Shown here in pieces: positions 48,979-59,306 of a stretch of 64,000 bases of DNA (its first letter is position 1; the number at the start of each line of letters is the position of its first letter). The notes below the pieces were generated by a model, which was given only the letters and a program-made list of their open reading frames with translations, made no database searches and was not told where the DNA came from. Source of the stretch: an uncultured Candidatus Saccharibacteria bacterium. Its GTDB lineage: Bacteria; Patescibacteriota; Minisyncoccia; Phycocordibacterales; JAKAEA01. The stretch is from contig CAZHGQ010000003.1 in NCBI GenBank assembly GCA_964532205.1, positions 4,382 through 68,381 on the forward strand, written 5' to 3'. The position numbers and the translations under genes were made by a program.

Positions 48979-50247
48979 ATGAAATACAAGCGAAAAATCC
49001 TCAAAAACGGCCTGCGATTGATTACCGTTCACATGGAAGATAGCCCGACTGTTACCGTCCTGGTCATGGTAGAAGCTGGCTCAAAATACGAAACAAAGCG
49101 CATAAACGGCATCTCACACTTTTTGGAGCACATGTGCTTTAAGGGTACTAAAGAGCGCCCAACAGCTCTCGATATTTCCAAAGAGCTTGATGCTATCGGT
49201 TCACAGTACAATGCCTTCACCTCTGAAGAGTTTACAGGTTACTACGCTAAAGCGGCGCCAAAACACGTGTCAAAAATTCTGGACGTGGTGGCTGATCTCT
49301 ACTTAAATCCGACCTTTGATACTAAAGAAATGGAAAAAGAAAAAGGTGTCATCATTGAAGAAATAAATATGTACCGTGATTTGCCGCATCGTCACGTGCA
49401 AGAATTATTTACTGAATTATTGTATGGTGATCAGCCGGCTGGATGGAGTATTGCTGGCACTAAAGAAACTGTGCAATTGCTCAATCGTAATGATATGGTT
49501 CAGTACCGCGATCAGCACTATGTTGGTGCGGCAACTACAGTAATTGTGGCTGGTAATTTTAATGAACAAAAAATTCAAAAAGAAATTGAACAGAAATTTG
49601 GTGTTCTGCCAAAGGGTCCAAAGACAGGGAAGGTGAAGGTTGTAGAGATTCAGGAAAAATCTCAACTCTATGTTGAGTCGCGAACTACTGATCAGTCGCA
49701 TATTGTGATTGGTGTACGCGGCTATCCGTTGGCTCACAAGAGTACACCAGCCTTGAAAGTTTTGAATGCAGTGCTCGGTGGCGGCATGAGCTCGCGCTTG
49801 TTTCAAAAACTCCGCGAAGAAATGGGGGTGGGGTATTATGTGCGATCGTCATATGATGTCTTGAGCGATCACGGTATTTTGTCTGTGGCGGTGGGCGTCG
49901 ACGTGAAGCGCGTTGAAGAAGTTACTAAAGCTGTTCTCGCCGAATTCAAACGCTTAACCAAAGAATTGGTTTCCGAAGATGAATTGCAAAAAACCAAAGA
50001 ATATTTAATCGGTAACATGGCTTTGAGTCTTGAATCATCAGATGAAATTGCCGAATTTTATGCCTTTCAGGAAATTATGAATCGCCCAATCCGAATGCCG
50101 CAAACTCTGGCTCAAGAAATTAAAGCTGTTACTGCCACTGAAATTCGGGCTGTTGCTAAAAAGATTTTTACCGATAAACGGCTTAATATGGCCGTAATTG
50201 GGCCAATTTCGGACCGTAAATCTCTCGAATCAATCCTGACAATTTAA
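48979..50247 (+). CDS. M16-family zinc peptidase
   Basis: HFLEH inverted zinc motif, NAFTS, SSRLFQ.LRE. Confidence 0.92.
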   Translation: MKYKRKILKNGLRLITVHMEDSPTVTVLVMVEAGSKYETKRINGISHFLEHMCFKGTKERPTALDISKELDAIGSQYNAFTSEEFTGYYAKAAPKHVSKILDVVADLYLNPTFDTKEMEKEKGVIIEEINMYRDLPHRHVQELFTELLYGDQPAGWSIAGTKETVQLLNRNDMVQYRDQHYVGAATTVIVAGNFNEQKIQKEIEQKFGVLPKGPKTGKVKVVEIQEKSQLYVESRTTDQSHIVIGVRGYPLAHKSTPALKVLNAVLGGGMSSRLFQKLREEMGVGYYVRSSYDVLSDHGILSVAVGVDVKRVEEVTKAVLAEFKRLTKELVSEDELQKTKEYLIGNMALSLESSDEIAEFYAFQEIMNRPIRMPQTLAQEIKAVTATEIRAVAKKIFTDKRLNMAVIGPISDRKSLESILTI

Positions 50248-50277
50248 TTTACTGCTCTCGAGTGTTATTATAGGATC

Positions 50278-51357
50278 ATGACCGAACACAAGCATGTGAC
50301 TGTTTCAATCAGTGTAATGTCTATCATCCGGATCTTATTGCTCGGCTTGTTAGCACTATTTCTCTATTATATTCGTGATATTATTTTGGTCGTGTTGGTT
50401 GCGGTTGTTATAGCTTCGGCCATTGAACCAGGCACTAAACTCCTCGTTAAACGCAAATTTCCTCGAGTTTTGGCAGTAATTACGATATATTCCATCATTA
50501 TTATTCTCGTTGTGGCTTTATCGTACCTCGTCTTACCAACGTTGATCAAAGATGTTGCAAACTTTGCCAACATGCTGCCGCAATATATTACGACACTAAA
50601 TGTGAACGACAGTTCAAGTACTTTGGGTTTGCAGACAATGAAGGGTTTATCAAATGGTGAATCGTTGGGTCAGGCTGTGCAGAACATTACTACAACATTG
50701 GCCACCAACTCAGCTAGTACATTAACATTGCTAACCACGGTCTTCGGTGGCGCTTTGAGTTTATTTGCAGTGATTATTTTGTCATTCTATTTAGCCGTTA
50801 AAGAAAATGGTGTGGAAGAATTTTTGCGACTTGTCATTCCGCTTCATCGTGAAGAGTATATTATTAATTTATGGCATCGCACCCAGCACAAAATTGGTCG
50901 CTGGATGCAAGGTCAAATGATTTTGGCCGCCATTGTCGGTGTTTTGGTTTTTGTAACTCTGACTCTGCTCGGTGTACCAAACGCCTTCTTCTTGGCTATT
51001 ATTTCGACAGTCTTTGAAATTATTCCGGTCTTTGGACCGTTTATTGGTTCGGTGCCAGGCGTACTGATAGGATTTATCGATGGTGGAATTACGTTTGCCT
51101 TGTTGTTGGCTTTGGTGTATCTCATCATTCAGCAAATTGAAAGTAATGTGATTTATCCACTGGTGATGCGCAAGGTTCTTGATATTCAGCCAATACTCGT
51201 TATCATTGCACTTATTGTTGGTGCCAAGCTTGGCGGTCTGCTCGGTATCTTAGTTTCGGTGCCAATGGCCGTCGCTTTAACAGAGTTCATGAATGATATG
51301 GGTAAAAATCGCTCAGCCGCTCGTGAACGTTTTTCAAATCGTCATGCCGAATCATAA
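50278..51357 (+). CDS. AI-2E family transporter
   Basis: IPVFGP, QQIESNVIYP, GGLLGILVSVP. Confidence 0.9.
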   Translation: MTEHKHVTVSISVMSIIRILLLGLLALFLYYIRDIILVVLVAVVIASAIEPGTKLLVKRKFPRVLAVITIYSIIIILVVALSYLVLPTLIKDVANFANMLPQYITTLNVNDSSSTLGLQTMKGLSNGESLGQAVQNITTTLATNSASTLTLLTTVFGGALSLFAVIILSFYLAVKENGVEEFLRLVIPLHREEYIINLWHRTQHKIGRWMQGQMILAAIVGVLVFVTLTLLGVPNAFFLAIISTVFEIIPVFGPFIGSVPGVLIGFIDGGITFALLLALVYLIIQQIESNVIYPLVMRKVLDIQPILVIIALIVGAKLGGLLGILVSVPMAVALTEFMNDMGKNRSAARERFSNRHAES

Positions 51358-52780
51358 ATTTTACATTACCAGTCCAATTTTTTACCCAAATGCCAAATTA
51401 CATTTGGGTCATGCCTACACCATGACGGTTTGTGATATTTTAGCGCGCTATCATCGGCTGGTGGGCGACGCAACATATTTTTTGACAGGCACAGATGAAA
51501 ACACTGGTAAGGTTATTAAGGTTGCCGCTGAACAGAATGTGAGTACGCATGAATATCTCGAGGGTATCAGCGCCAATTTTCAAAAATTATATTCAGACTT
51601 GGACATCCAGTACGATCAATTCATCCGTACCACAGATCAGGGTGTGCATTGGCCGGGCGCAGTGAAAATGTGGCAGAAACTGGTTGAAGCCGGTGATATT
51701 TACAAAGGAACATATACGGGCTTGTATTGTTTGAGTTGCGAAACATTCTATACCGAAAAAGATTTGGTTGATGGTAAATGTCCGGTTCATGGCACAGAAC
51801 CAGAACGTATTACGGAGGATAATTATTTTTTCAAACTTTCCAAATACACCAAGACGATTAAAGAAAAAATTGAAAGTGGGGAAATGAATATTTTGCCTGA
51901 GACGCGCAAGAATGAAATTGTGGCGTTGCTTGATCGTGGCTTGGAAGATATTAGTTTTTCACGACCAATTAAAAATGTGCCGCACGGAATTCCGGTGCCC
52001 GGTGATGAGGCTCAGGTGATCTATGTCTGGTGCGATGCTTTGGTGAATTATATTTCGGCTTTAGGCTATGGCACTGATGAGAAAAAGTTGACTGAGTTTT
52101 GGCCGGCCGAGGTGCATGTCATTGGCAAGGACATTTTGCGCTTTCATGCCGCAATTTGGCCAGCTATGTTACTGTCGGCCGGCCTACCATTACCCAAGAA
52201 TCTCTTTGTCCACGGCCTGATTATGTCTGGTGGTCGTAAGATGTCCAAATCACTCGGTAATGTCATTGACCCCGAAGAATTGATAGCTGAATATGGTAAA
52301 GATGCGGTGCGTTACTATTTGGCTAAAGAAATTAGCCCATTTGAAGATGGTGATTTAACGCGTGAAAGTTTTAAGGCAGTTTATAATGCTCAATTGGCCA
52401 ATGGTCTTGGTAATCTAGTCTCCCGAGTGATGAGAATGGCTACAAGCTACGATGTGACTAAACCAACATTGCTGTCAGAACAAGAAATAGTTAAAACATC
52501 TGAAGCCTATATTAAGCATTTCAAGGCCTTCGAATTTCATAAGGCCGCAGAATTCGTAGCCCAAGAGGTAACCCGACTCGATCAACACATTCAAAAAACA
52601 GAACCATTTAAATTGGTTAAAACTGATCCAGAGCAAGCCAAAAACATTGTTACTGAACTTGTTGAGGGTGTGTGGCGTATTGCTACACTCCTCACACCGT
52701 TTATTCCTGATACGGCGGGTAAAATTAAAGAATCAATTAAACATTGGCAAATGCCACAAGCTTTATTCTTGAGAAAATAA
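51344..52780 (+). CDS. metG: Methionine--tRNA ligase
   Basis: PIFYPN..LHLGH, YVWCDAL, GKDILRFH, KMSKS. Confidence 0.96.
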   Translation: MPNHKFYITSPIFYPNAKLHLGHAYTMTVCDILARYHRLVGDATYFLTGTDENTGKVIKVAAEQNVSTHEYLEGISANFQKLYSDLDIQYDQFIRTTDQGVHWPGAVKMWQKLVEAGDIYKGTYTGLYCLSCETFYTEKDLVDGKCPVHGTEPERITEDNYFFKLSKYTKTIKEKIESGEMNILPETRKNEIVALLDRGLEDISFSRPIKNVPHGIPVPGDEAQVIYVWCDALVNYISALGYGTDEKKLTEFWPAEVHVIGKDILRFHAAIWPAMLLSAGLPLPKNLFVHGLIMSGGRKMSKSLGNVIDPEELIAEYGKDAVRYYLAKEISPFEDGDLTRESFKAVYNAQLANGLGNLVSRVMRMATSYDVTKPTLLSEQEIVKTSEAYIKHFKAFEFHKAAEFVAQEVTRLDQHIQKTEPFKLVKTDPEQAKNIVTELVEGVWRIATLLTPFIPDTAGKIKESIKHWQMPQALFLRK

Positions 52781-52781
52781 C

Positions 52782-53570
52782 ATGCTAAATTATTTCGACA
52801 TTCATTCACACCTCAATTTCTTTCAGTTCGATGAGGATCGAGAGCAGATTATTGCCGAAATGAAAAAGCGGGGATTCGGTACAATTACTGTCGGCACTGA
52901 TCTTACAACTTCGGGTGAAGCCATTGCTTTGGCAGAAAAGCATGAAAACTTTTATGCGGCTATTGGTCTGCATCCCATGGACACCATTCAGGGATTCTCG
53001 CCGACCGCCTTTGAGGCGCTTATCAGTCATCCGAAAGTGGTGGCGGTCGGCGAGTGTGGTCTCGATTACAACCGTTTGGCCGGCGACACTGAAGCCAGCA
53101 AATTGGTTCAGAAGGGAATTTTTGAGCAGCAAATTGAGCTAGCTGTGACTCACCAGAAACCATTGATGATTCATTGCCGTGAAGCCTACGTTGATACGCT
53201 CGAAATTCTCAAATCTCGTAAAGCAATTCATGGTGATAAGCTTCGTGGCAACTTCCATTTCTTCGTCCATTCAATTGAGGTGGCTCGTCAGTGTTTTGAC
53301 CTTGGCTTTACTATTTCATTTACCGGTCCGATTACATTCTCAAATGATTATGACGATGTGGTGGACTTTGCTCCAATCGAGAAAATCATGACCGAGACGG
53401 ATGCGCCGTTTGCTGCGCCTGAGCCATACCGCGGGAAGCGCAATTCACCACTGTACGTCGAAGAAGTAGTCAAAAAAGTCGCCGCCGTTAAGAAACTAGA
53501 CCTTGACACAGTTAAGAAAAAGATGGTTGATAACGTTTTTGATCATTTTTTGAAAAAGCCTTCAGCTTAA
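52782..53570 (+). CDS. tatD: TatD-family nuclease
   Basis: DIHSH, GLHP, GECGLDY, IHCR, ETDAPF. Confidence 0.93.
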   Translation: MLNYFDIHSHLNFFQFDEDREQIIAEMKKRGFGTITVGTDLTTSGEAIALAEKHENFYAAIGLHPMDTIQGFSPTAFEALISHPKVVAVGECGLDYNRLAGDTEASKLVQKGIFEQQIELAVTHQKPLMIHCREAYVDTLEILKSRKAIHGDKLRGNFHFFVHSIEVARQCFDLGFTISFTGPITFSNDYDDVVDFAPIEKIMTETDAPFAAPEPYRGKRNSPLYVEEVVKKVAAVKKLDLDTVKKKMVDNVFDHFLKKPSA

Positions 53571-53633
53571 AGGGCTATACTGGGCCTAGGCTGTTGCATA
53601 AGTCGTCTCTATGTGATAGTCTTCTGCTTATCT

Positions 53634-54098
53634 ATGGAAAAACGAGAACAACTGGATAACAAGCCAAAAGTCTATGAAATAGGCTACCTTCTGGTACCTT
53701 CAATCGCTGAAGAGCAGGTTGCGGCCGAAGTGCAGCAAATTAAAAATGTCTTGGAAAAGCATAATTCTTCATTTATTACCGAAGATTTTCCAAAACTTCA
53801 GCAATTGGCCTACACAATGCGCAAAGTAACTGGTGCTAATAGCCAGAAGCATGACAAAGCCTACTTTGGCTGGGTTAAGTTCGAAACTATGGCTTCTCAG
53901 ATCCCTCAGATCAAGTCAGAATTGGAAAAGAATGACAACATTCTCCGATACATGATCATTAACACAGTACGAGAAAACACCATGATCTCGTCTAAGCTCG
54001 CCTTCAAGCCAGAAGCTGAGGCAAAATCTGACAAAGAAGAGCCAAAGATGTCAGAAGAAGAGATGGATAAGACTATTGAAAATCTCGTCGTAGAGTAA
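53634..54098 (+). CDS. rpsF: 30S ribosomal protein S6
   Basis: YEIGYLL.P, LAY, ILRY; first gene of rpsF-ssb-rpsR. Confidence 0.88.
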   Translation: MEKREQLDNKPKVYEIGYLLVPSIAEEQVAAEVQQIKNVLEKHNSSFITEDFPKLQQLAYTMRKVTGANSQKHDKAYFGWVKFETMASQIPQIKSELEKNDNILRYMIINTVRENTMISSKLAFKPEAEAKSDKEEPKMSEEEMDKTIENLVVE

Positions 54099-54099
54099 T

Positions 54100-54552
54100 A
54101 TGTATTTAAATAAAGCAATTATTGTAGGAAATCTCACGCGTGACCCCGAACTCAAGGCATTGCCTTCAGGTATTCAGGTGGCCACAATGTCAGTCGCTAC
54201 GAATCGGGTTTGGAAGGATAAGAATGGTGCTCGCCAGGAATCAGCTGATTATCACAATGTGGTAGTCTTCGGCCGACAGGCTGAAACAACCACCCAGTAC
54301 CTTAAAAAGGGTGCTTCAGTCATGGTTGAAGGTCGAATGCAAACACGTTCGTGGGACGGGGCTGACGGTCAGAAGCGCTATCGTACCGAGATTGTAGCCG
54401 ACCGAGTGCAGTTTGGTAACCGTTCAAGTGGCGCACCGGCCACGAGCTCAGCTGCTCCAGCTGGTCAGTCAGCCAAAGTTGACAAAAACGAAGGAGTTGA
54501 TACTATCGAGTATCCAGAGGAAGAAATTAATCCAGAGGACATTCCATTTTAA
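54100..54552 (+). CDS. ssb: Single-stranded DNA-binding protein
   Basis: NKA.IVGNLTRDPE, EGR.QTRSW, C-terminal EDIPF. Confidence 0.97.
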   Translation: MYLNKAIIVGNLTRDPELKALPSGIQVATMSVATNRVWKDKNGARQESADYHNVVVFGRQAETTTQYLKKGASVMVEGRMQTRSWDGADGQKRYRTEIVADRVQFGNRSSGAPATSSAAPAGQSAKVDKNEGVDTIEYPEEEINPEDIPF

Positions 54553-54557
54553 ACACT

Positions 54558-54761
54558 ATGAATCAGGGATCATATTTTAAGCAGAATAATATCAAACACG
54601 TCGATTATAAGGATATCGAGGTTCTTAAGAAGTTCTTGAATCCACACGCTCGATTGATGTCAGGTAAGCGTACCGGCGTAAATGCCAAGGACCAGCGCAA
54701 GTTGGCTGAAGCTATCAAGCGCGCTCGCTACATGGGTTTGCTACCATTCGTTTCTCGCTAA
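54558..54761 (+). CDS. rpsR: 30S ribosomal protein S18
   Basis: DYKD, TG, QR.LA.AIKRAR..GLLPF. Confidence 0.95.
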   Translation: MNQGSYFKQNNIKHVDYKDIEVLKKFLNPHARLMSGKRTGVNAKDQRKLAEAIKRARYMGLLPFVSR

Positions 54762-54807
54762 TAAGCAAACAAAAAAACCGCCTCTCGGCGGTTTTTTTGT
54801 TTGCTTA
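54762..54807. terminator. Bidirectional terminator between rpsR and efp
   Basis: TAAGCAAACAAAAAAACCGCC-TCTC-GGCGGTTTTTTTGTTTGCTTA. Confidence 0.9.
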
Positions 54808-55386
54808 GAACTTACTTGTCCCAGCGCGTTCTACATACTCACCAGTCTCTGTATTGATACGGATAATTTCACCTTCTTCAATAAAAAGTGGGCCATTGAT
54901 AACTGCGCCAGTTTCGAGTTTGATCTGCTTGGTACCACCTTTGGCTGTATCACCCTTAACAGCTGGCGGAGCCTCTGTAACCTTGAGTTCTACCTTAATA
55001 GGTACATCTACGCCGATTGGTCGTTCACCGAACATTTTTACGGTAATGAGGCTATTAGGCTTAATAAAGCGGATTTGCTGACCAAGAATGGCTTCAGGTA
55101 ATTCAAAACGCTTTGAAGGGTCATTGGCTTCGCAGAACCAGTATTGACCACGGTTGTTGTAGAGGTATTTAACCTGTTTCTTTTCAATTTCCGCTTCTTC
55201 AACCTTTTCTGAGACGTGGAAAGAGATTTCCTTAACGTTACCGGTAATCAGGTTCTTGAGCTTGGTAGCATTCACTGGCTTGCGCTGTTGTTTGCGAAAG
55301 ACGTGGGCGTCCAAAACTTCATATGGTTCACCTTCGAAAAGGATCACTTTACGAACGGTGATTTCGTTATATTCGAGCATGCTCAT
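54805..55386 (-). CDS. efp: Elongation factor P
   Basis: KLKNLITG, YLY, PAVKGDTA, LETG, PLFI..GE.I.INT.TGEYVER. Confidence 0.93.
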   Translation of the reverse strand: MSMLEYNEITVRKVILFEGEPYEVLDAHVFRKQQRKPVNATKLKNLITGNVKEISFHVSEKVEEAEIEKKQVKYLYNNRGQYWFCEANDPSKRFELPEAILGQQIRFIKPNSLITVKMFGERPIGVDVPIKVELKVTEAPPAVKGDTAKGGTKQIKLETGAVINGPLFIEEGEIIRINTETGEYVERAGTSKF

Positions 55387-55448
55387 ACAATTGCAAAATT
55401 AATGTGTTGCTCGATTTTAGCCTAAGTCTTTGAAAAAGTCTATGGAGA

Positions 55449-56495
55449 CTATTCGTCGCTGCTACCAGATTTTATAGCTAACGTACTATCTTTTTTGAGG
55501 TTCTCGCGAATTTCAGATAGGATTTTTTCCTTAATTTTTGGATTTTCACGGAGGAAGGTACGAGTGGCATCGTAGCCGCGACCCAATTTCTCTTCGCCGT
55601 ATGAGTATGAGGTACCGGCTTTTTGCATAATGCCCATTTTTTCACCAAGAGCGATAATTTCACCCTCTTGCGAAATACCCTCGTTGTAGATGAGGTCAAA
55701 TTCTGTTTGACGGAATGGGGCAGCCACTTTATTCTTTACTACCTTTACACGGACACGACCACCAACAACTTCTTCGCCTTTCTTAATTTGGGCAATGCGG
55801 CGGATGTCGATGCGAACAGATGCATAGAATTTCAAAGCTTTACCGCCAGGTGTAGTTTCAGGATTACCAAACATCACACCGATTTGCATACGAATCTGGT
55901 TGATGAAGATGACCATGGTACGTGACTTGGCCACGATTGCGGTAAGTTTACGGAGAGCTTGGGACATGAGGCGGGCCTGCTTACCAACATGGTGTGCGCC
56001 CATATCACCTTCAATTTCATCTTTTGGTGTGAGGGCCGCAACTGAGTCAACAACGACCACAGCTAATTTTCCGGAACGCACGAGACTTTCAGCAATTTCC
56101 AGACCCTGTTCGCCTGTGTCTGGTTGAGAAATGAGTAGGTCATTAATATTTACGCCAAGTTTTTGAGCATATTCGGGATCCATGGCATGTTCAGCATCGA
56201 TGTAGGCACAAATACCACCTTTTTTCTGAGCTTCAGCTACGACGTGGAGAGCCAAGGTGGTTTTACCTGATGATTCTGGACCGTAGATTTCGATAATGCG
56301 ACCTTGAGGTAGACCACCAACGCCCAAAGCGGCATCGAGGCCGATAGAGCCGGTGTGAATAACATCCACATCAACATGAGGTTTGTCGCCCAATTTCATG
56401 ATTGATTCGTCACCGAATTTCGTCTTGATCTGTGCTATTGCATCTTCAATCGCACTGTTATTTGCCCGAGGTGCTGGTTTTTCTTTTTTAGCCAT
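55449..56495 (-). CDS. recA: Recombinase RecA
   Basis: [32 protein letters not shown]. Confidence 0.99.
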   Translation of the reverse strand: MAKKEKPAPRANNSAIEDAIAQIKTKFGDESIMKLGDKPHVDVDVIHTGSIGLDAALGVGGLPQGRIIEIYGPESSGKTTLALHVVAEAQKKGGICAYIDAEHAMDPEYAQKLGVNINDLLISQPDTGEQGLEIAESLVRSGKLAVVVVDSVAALTPKDEIEGDMGAHHVGKQARLMSQALRKLTAIVAKSRTMVIFINQIRMQIGVMFGNPETTPGGKALKFYASVRIDIRRIAQIKKGEEVVGGRVRVKVVKNKVAAPFRQTEFDLIYNEGISQEGEIIALGEKMGIMQKAGTSYSYGEEKLGRGYDATRTFLRENPKIKEKILSEIRENLKKDSTLAIKSGSSDE

Positions 56496-56547
56496 GGTTA
56501 TGCATTAGTTAATGGTTAGAGGATATCACTTCGGGATGAAAATTTCA

Positions 56548-56901
56548 TTAAGATTTATTAAATACCAACTCTATCTTTTTAGAGACGACTCGGCCAAATT
56601 TGTCTTTCGCCTCGATTTTCCACAGGTTGTAGCCGTTTGTGAGTAATAATTTCTCTTTAAATGCACCATCCTTATCAACATAGATTTGGCGATTGTTCAA
56701 GGTGATGAATGAGATGTTTTTGGCGTAACCTTCGAGAACAATGAGTGGTTCAGATTGGGTCGAACCATTTTGTGGTGAAGTGATGGTAATTCGAGGTCCG
56801 GTGATAATGTTGCGAGCTTGAAATACACTGTAGCCAACGATAGACAAGACTACGAGACAGATGAGAATGATTTTATAGACAGTTTTTCCTTGGTGCGGCA
56901 T
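56548..56901 (-). CDS. Small membrane-anchored Ig-like protein
   Basis: TM, then GPRITITSP.NG...G.F...L.L..GYN...IEAKDKFG. Confidence 0.7.
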   Translation of the reverse strand: MPHQGKTVYKIILICLVVLSIVGYSVFQARNIITGPRITITSPQNGSTQSEPLIVLEGYAKNISFITLNNRQIYVDKDGAFKEKLLLTNGYNLWKIEAKDKFGRVVSKKIELVFNKS

Positions 56902-56902
56902 G

Positions 56903-59149
56903 TTACATCGGTTGATCTTCAGCAGTTTCGTCTTGAACTGGAGCGCCACCCTGGAGCACTTCGCGAGGTTTAGCACCTTCGCCCGGGCCGATTACGCCTC
57001 GCTCTTCAAGCATGTCGATCAGACGGGCGGCCCGGGCGTACCCAACGCGCAATTTTCGTTGCAAATATGACGTTGAAGCTTTACCGGCACTAATTACTAT
57101 TTCGCGAGCTTCTTCGTACAAATCATCTTCATCATCACCACCTTCATCATCAAACGATGAAGAGAAAATACTTTTATCACCAACAGAATTTTCACTCAAG
57201 TTGATCTCGTTCGGTAATTCGTCAGCATAATTATCGATCAAATATTTTACTACACTCTTAAGTTCTGGTTCAGAAATATAGGCCGACTGAATACGCTGCG
57301 GCTTAGCCATGTCGCCAGACATAAAGAGCATGTCGCCGGCACCGAGTAGTTTTTCTGCACCTGCCGCATCGAGAATTGTTCGAGAGTCAATTTGTGAAGT
57401 TACCTGCAACGCAATTCGTGATGGGATATTGGCTTTAATAAGACCGGTAATAACATTAACGCTTGGACGCTGCGTTGAAAGGATGAGGTGAATACCAACC
57501 GCACGGCTCATTTGGGCCAAGCGAACAATGGCTGACTCTAATTCACGCGGATACATCTGCATCAGGTCGGCCAATTCGTCGATAATAACCACAATATATG
57601 GCATGGTTTCTGGCATTTCTGCAGCCTCTTCTTCGCTGAGGTCACGGCCATTCATTTTCTTGAGAGCCGGAGCAACAACGTTGCGATGGTACGACTCAAT
57701 ATCTCGGACCTTATTATTTTCCAAGACATCGTATCGGCGATCCATTTCTTTAGCCGCCCATTTCAATGACAAAATTGCTTTCTTGGCATCGGTAATAACA
57801 GGTGTAAGCAAATGCGGAATTTTATTGTACATAGTCAATTCTACGCGTTTCGGGTCAATCATAATGAACTTCAGGTTTTCGGGTGAATTTCGGTACAATA
57901 ATGAAGTCAAAATAGCGTGGATAGTAACAGATTTACCTGAACCAGTCGCGCCAGCAATCAATAGGTGGGGCATTTTAACCAAGTTGGCAAAATGTGATTT
58001 ACCAGAGATACCTTTACCCAGTGAGATAAGCAACGGTTTGTCTGATTGCTTAAATTCTTCTGAACCAAAGAGGGTAGCCAAACCAACAGTTGTTTTTGTA
58101 GTATTTGGTATTTCAACACCGACAAGTGATTTGCCCGGAATTGGCGCTTCGATACGGATAGGATGAGCAGCCAAGGCTAATGACAAATCATTCTGTAAAG
58201 CTACAATTTTTGATAACTTTACACCCTCGGCTGGTTTCAGGGCGTAGCGAGTAACAGATGGACCGATTGAGATTTCATCCATTTCTACATTAATACCGAA
58301 GTTCTGAAGCGTGCGCTTGATAATATTGGCGTTAGCTTTGATGTCGCCGACACCAGGCTTACCCTTATCTTGTTCAAGAAGTGTTAGTGGCGGTGGATTA
58401 TAGATCTTGCCAGTCAGGCGACTTTGACTTAAATCAAAGCCCTCTTCTTCAACTGGTTTCTTTTCGTCAAAGCCCAACATCTTTTTAAATCCGCCCTTTG
58501 GTTGTTCATCTTCCACTGCCCCTGCTTCAACTTCTTTTGGTGCTGGTTCGGTTGCTTCGAGTTCTTCAGGAATTTCGATATCAGCGTCACCCTCTTCCAG
58601 ATCTTCAGCTTTGCGTGTCCAACGTCGCCAGAAAGCCAGAGTGTCTTGATTGATGTGGTTGTCCATAATAACCACTGTGCTGATTAATATAAGTGTGGTC
58701 AGGAAAATTAGGCTGACCCAAAAATCAAACAAGTTGATGAGGGGGGTGGCGATTAAGTTGCCAATAAAGCCACCTTCACCGGTACTACTTGGTTCACGGG
58801 ATACAACACTAATGACACCCAAGGCTGCGAAATAAAAGAAGCCAGCCGCCACAAGTTTTGGCCAGGGAACTTTCTTTTTGAGTGATCGCAAAAAGATGAT
58901 GGCGATCAATAAAAACATTACTGGCAAAAGATAGTAACCGATACCCAAAAGGAAACTTAGAGCATTATATGTTGCTGCGCCAACAACACCAGCTTTTTCA
59001 AGAGCGGCAAAGATTAAAAATAGTGCCAAAACAAAGAAGGCGAGGGCATAGATTACTCGTAACGCCGCTTCCTGAATTAAGGGTTTCTCATCAAGTTCCT
59101 CTTCATCGATATCTAATTCCTTCTGTTTCCTCTTTTGTTTTTTGGCCAT
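56903..59149 (-). CDS. ftsK: DNA translocase FtsK/SpoIIIE
   Basis: N-terminal TMs, PHLLIAGATGSGKS, IIDELADL, gamma domain LQRKLRVGYARAAR. Confidence 0.97.
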   Translation of the reverse strand: MAKKQKRKQKELDIDEEELDEKPLIQEAALRVIYALAFFVLALFLIFAALEKAGVVGAATYNALSFLLGIGYYLLPVMFLLIAIIFLRSLKKKVPWPKLVAAGFFYFAALGVISVVSREPSSTGEGGFIGNLIATPLINLFDFWVSLIFLTTLILISTVVIMDNHINQDTLAFWRRWTRKAEDLEEGDADIEIPEELEATEPAPKEVEAGAVEDEQPKGGFKKMLGFDEKKPVEEEGFDLSQSRLTGKIYNPPPLTLLEQDKGKPGVGDIKANANIIKRTLQNFGINVEMDEISIGPSVTRYALKPAEGVKLSKIVALQNDLSLALAAHPIRIEAPIPGKSLVGVEIPNTTKTTVGLATLFGSEEFKQSDKPLLISLGKGISGKSHFANLVKMPHLLIAGATGSGKSVTIHAILTSLLYRNSPENLKFIMIDPKRVELTMYNKIPHLLTPVITDAKKAILSLKWAAKEMDRRYDVLENNKVRDIESYHRNVVAPALKKMNGRDLSEEEAAEMPETMPYIVVIIDELADLMQMYPRELESAIVRLAQMSRAVGIHLILSTQRPSVNVITGLIKANIPSRIALQVTSQIDSRTILDAAGAEKLLGAGDMLFMSGDMAKPQRIQSAYISEPELKSVVKYLIDNYADELPNEINLSENSVGDKSIFSSSFDDEGGDDEDDLYEEAREIVISAGKASTSYLQRKLRVGYARAARLIDMLEERGVIGPGEGAKPREVLQGGAPVQDETAEDQPM

Positions 59150-59250
59150 GAAAATTAAACCTAGTTTTTATATATTGTATCACAACTATATCTAAAATTA
59201 TCAAGGACTCATTATAATTTTATGGCTAGAAATTTGGCCAGAATGATTTT

Positions 59251-59278
59251 TTGACAAAAAGGACATGAGGCATATAAT
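59251..59278 (+). promoter_or_regulatory. Consensus sigma70 promoter with AAAGGACA in the spacer
   Basis: TTGACA-16 nt-TATAAT. Confidence 0.75.
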
Positions 59279-59306
59279 GGACACCATCAGACTGAATAAA
59301 AGTCAT

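Noticed and set aside
57012-58835. Plus-strand ORFs antisense to ftsK, and similar shadow ORFs throughout the window
   Set aside because: They fully overlap well-supported genes and have no recognisable motifs
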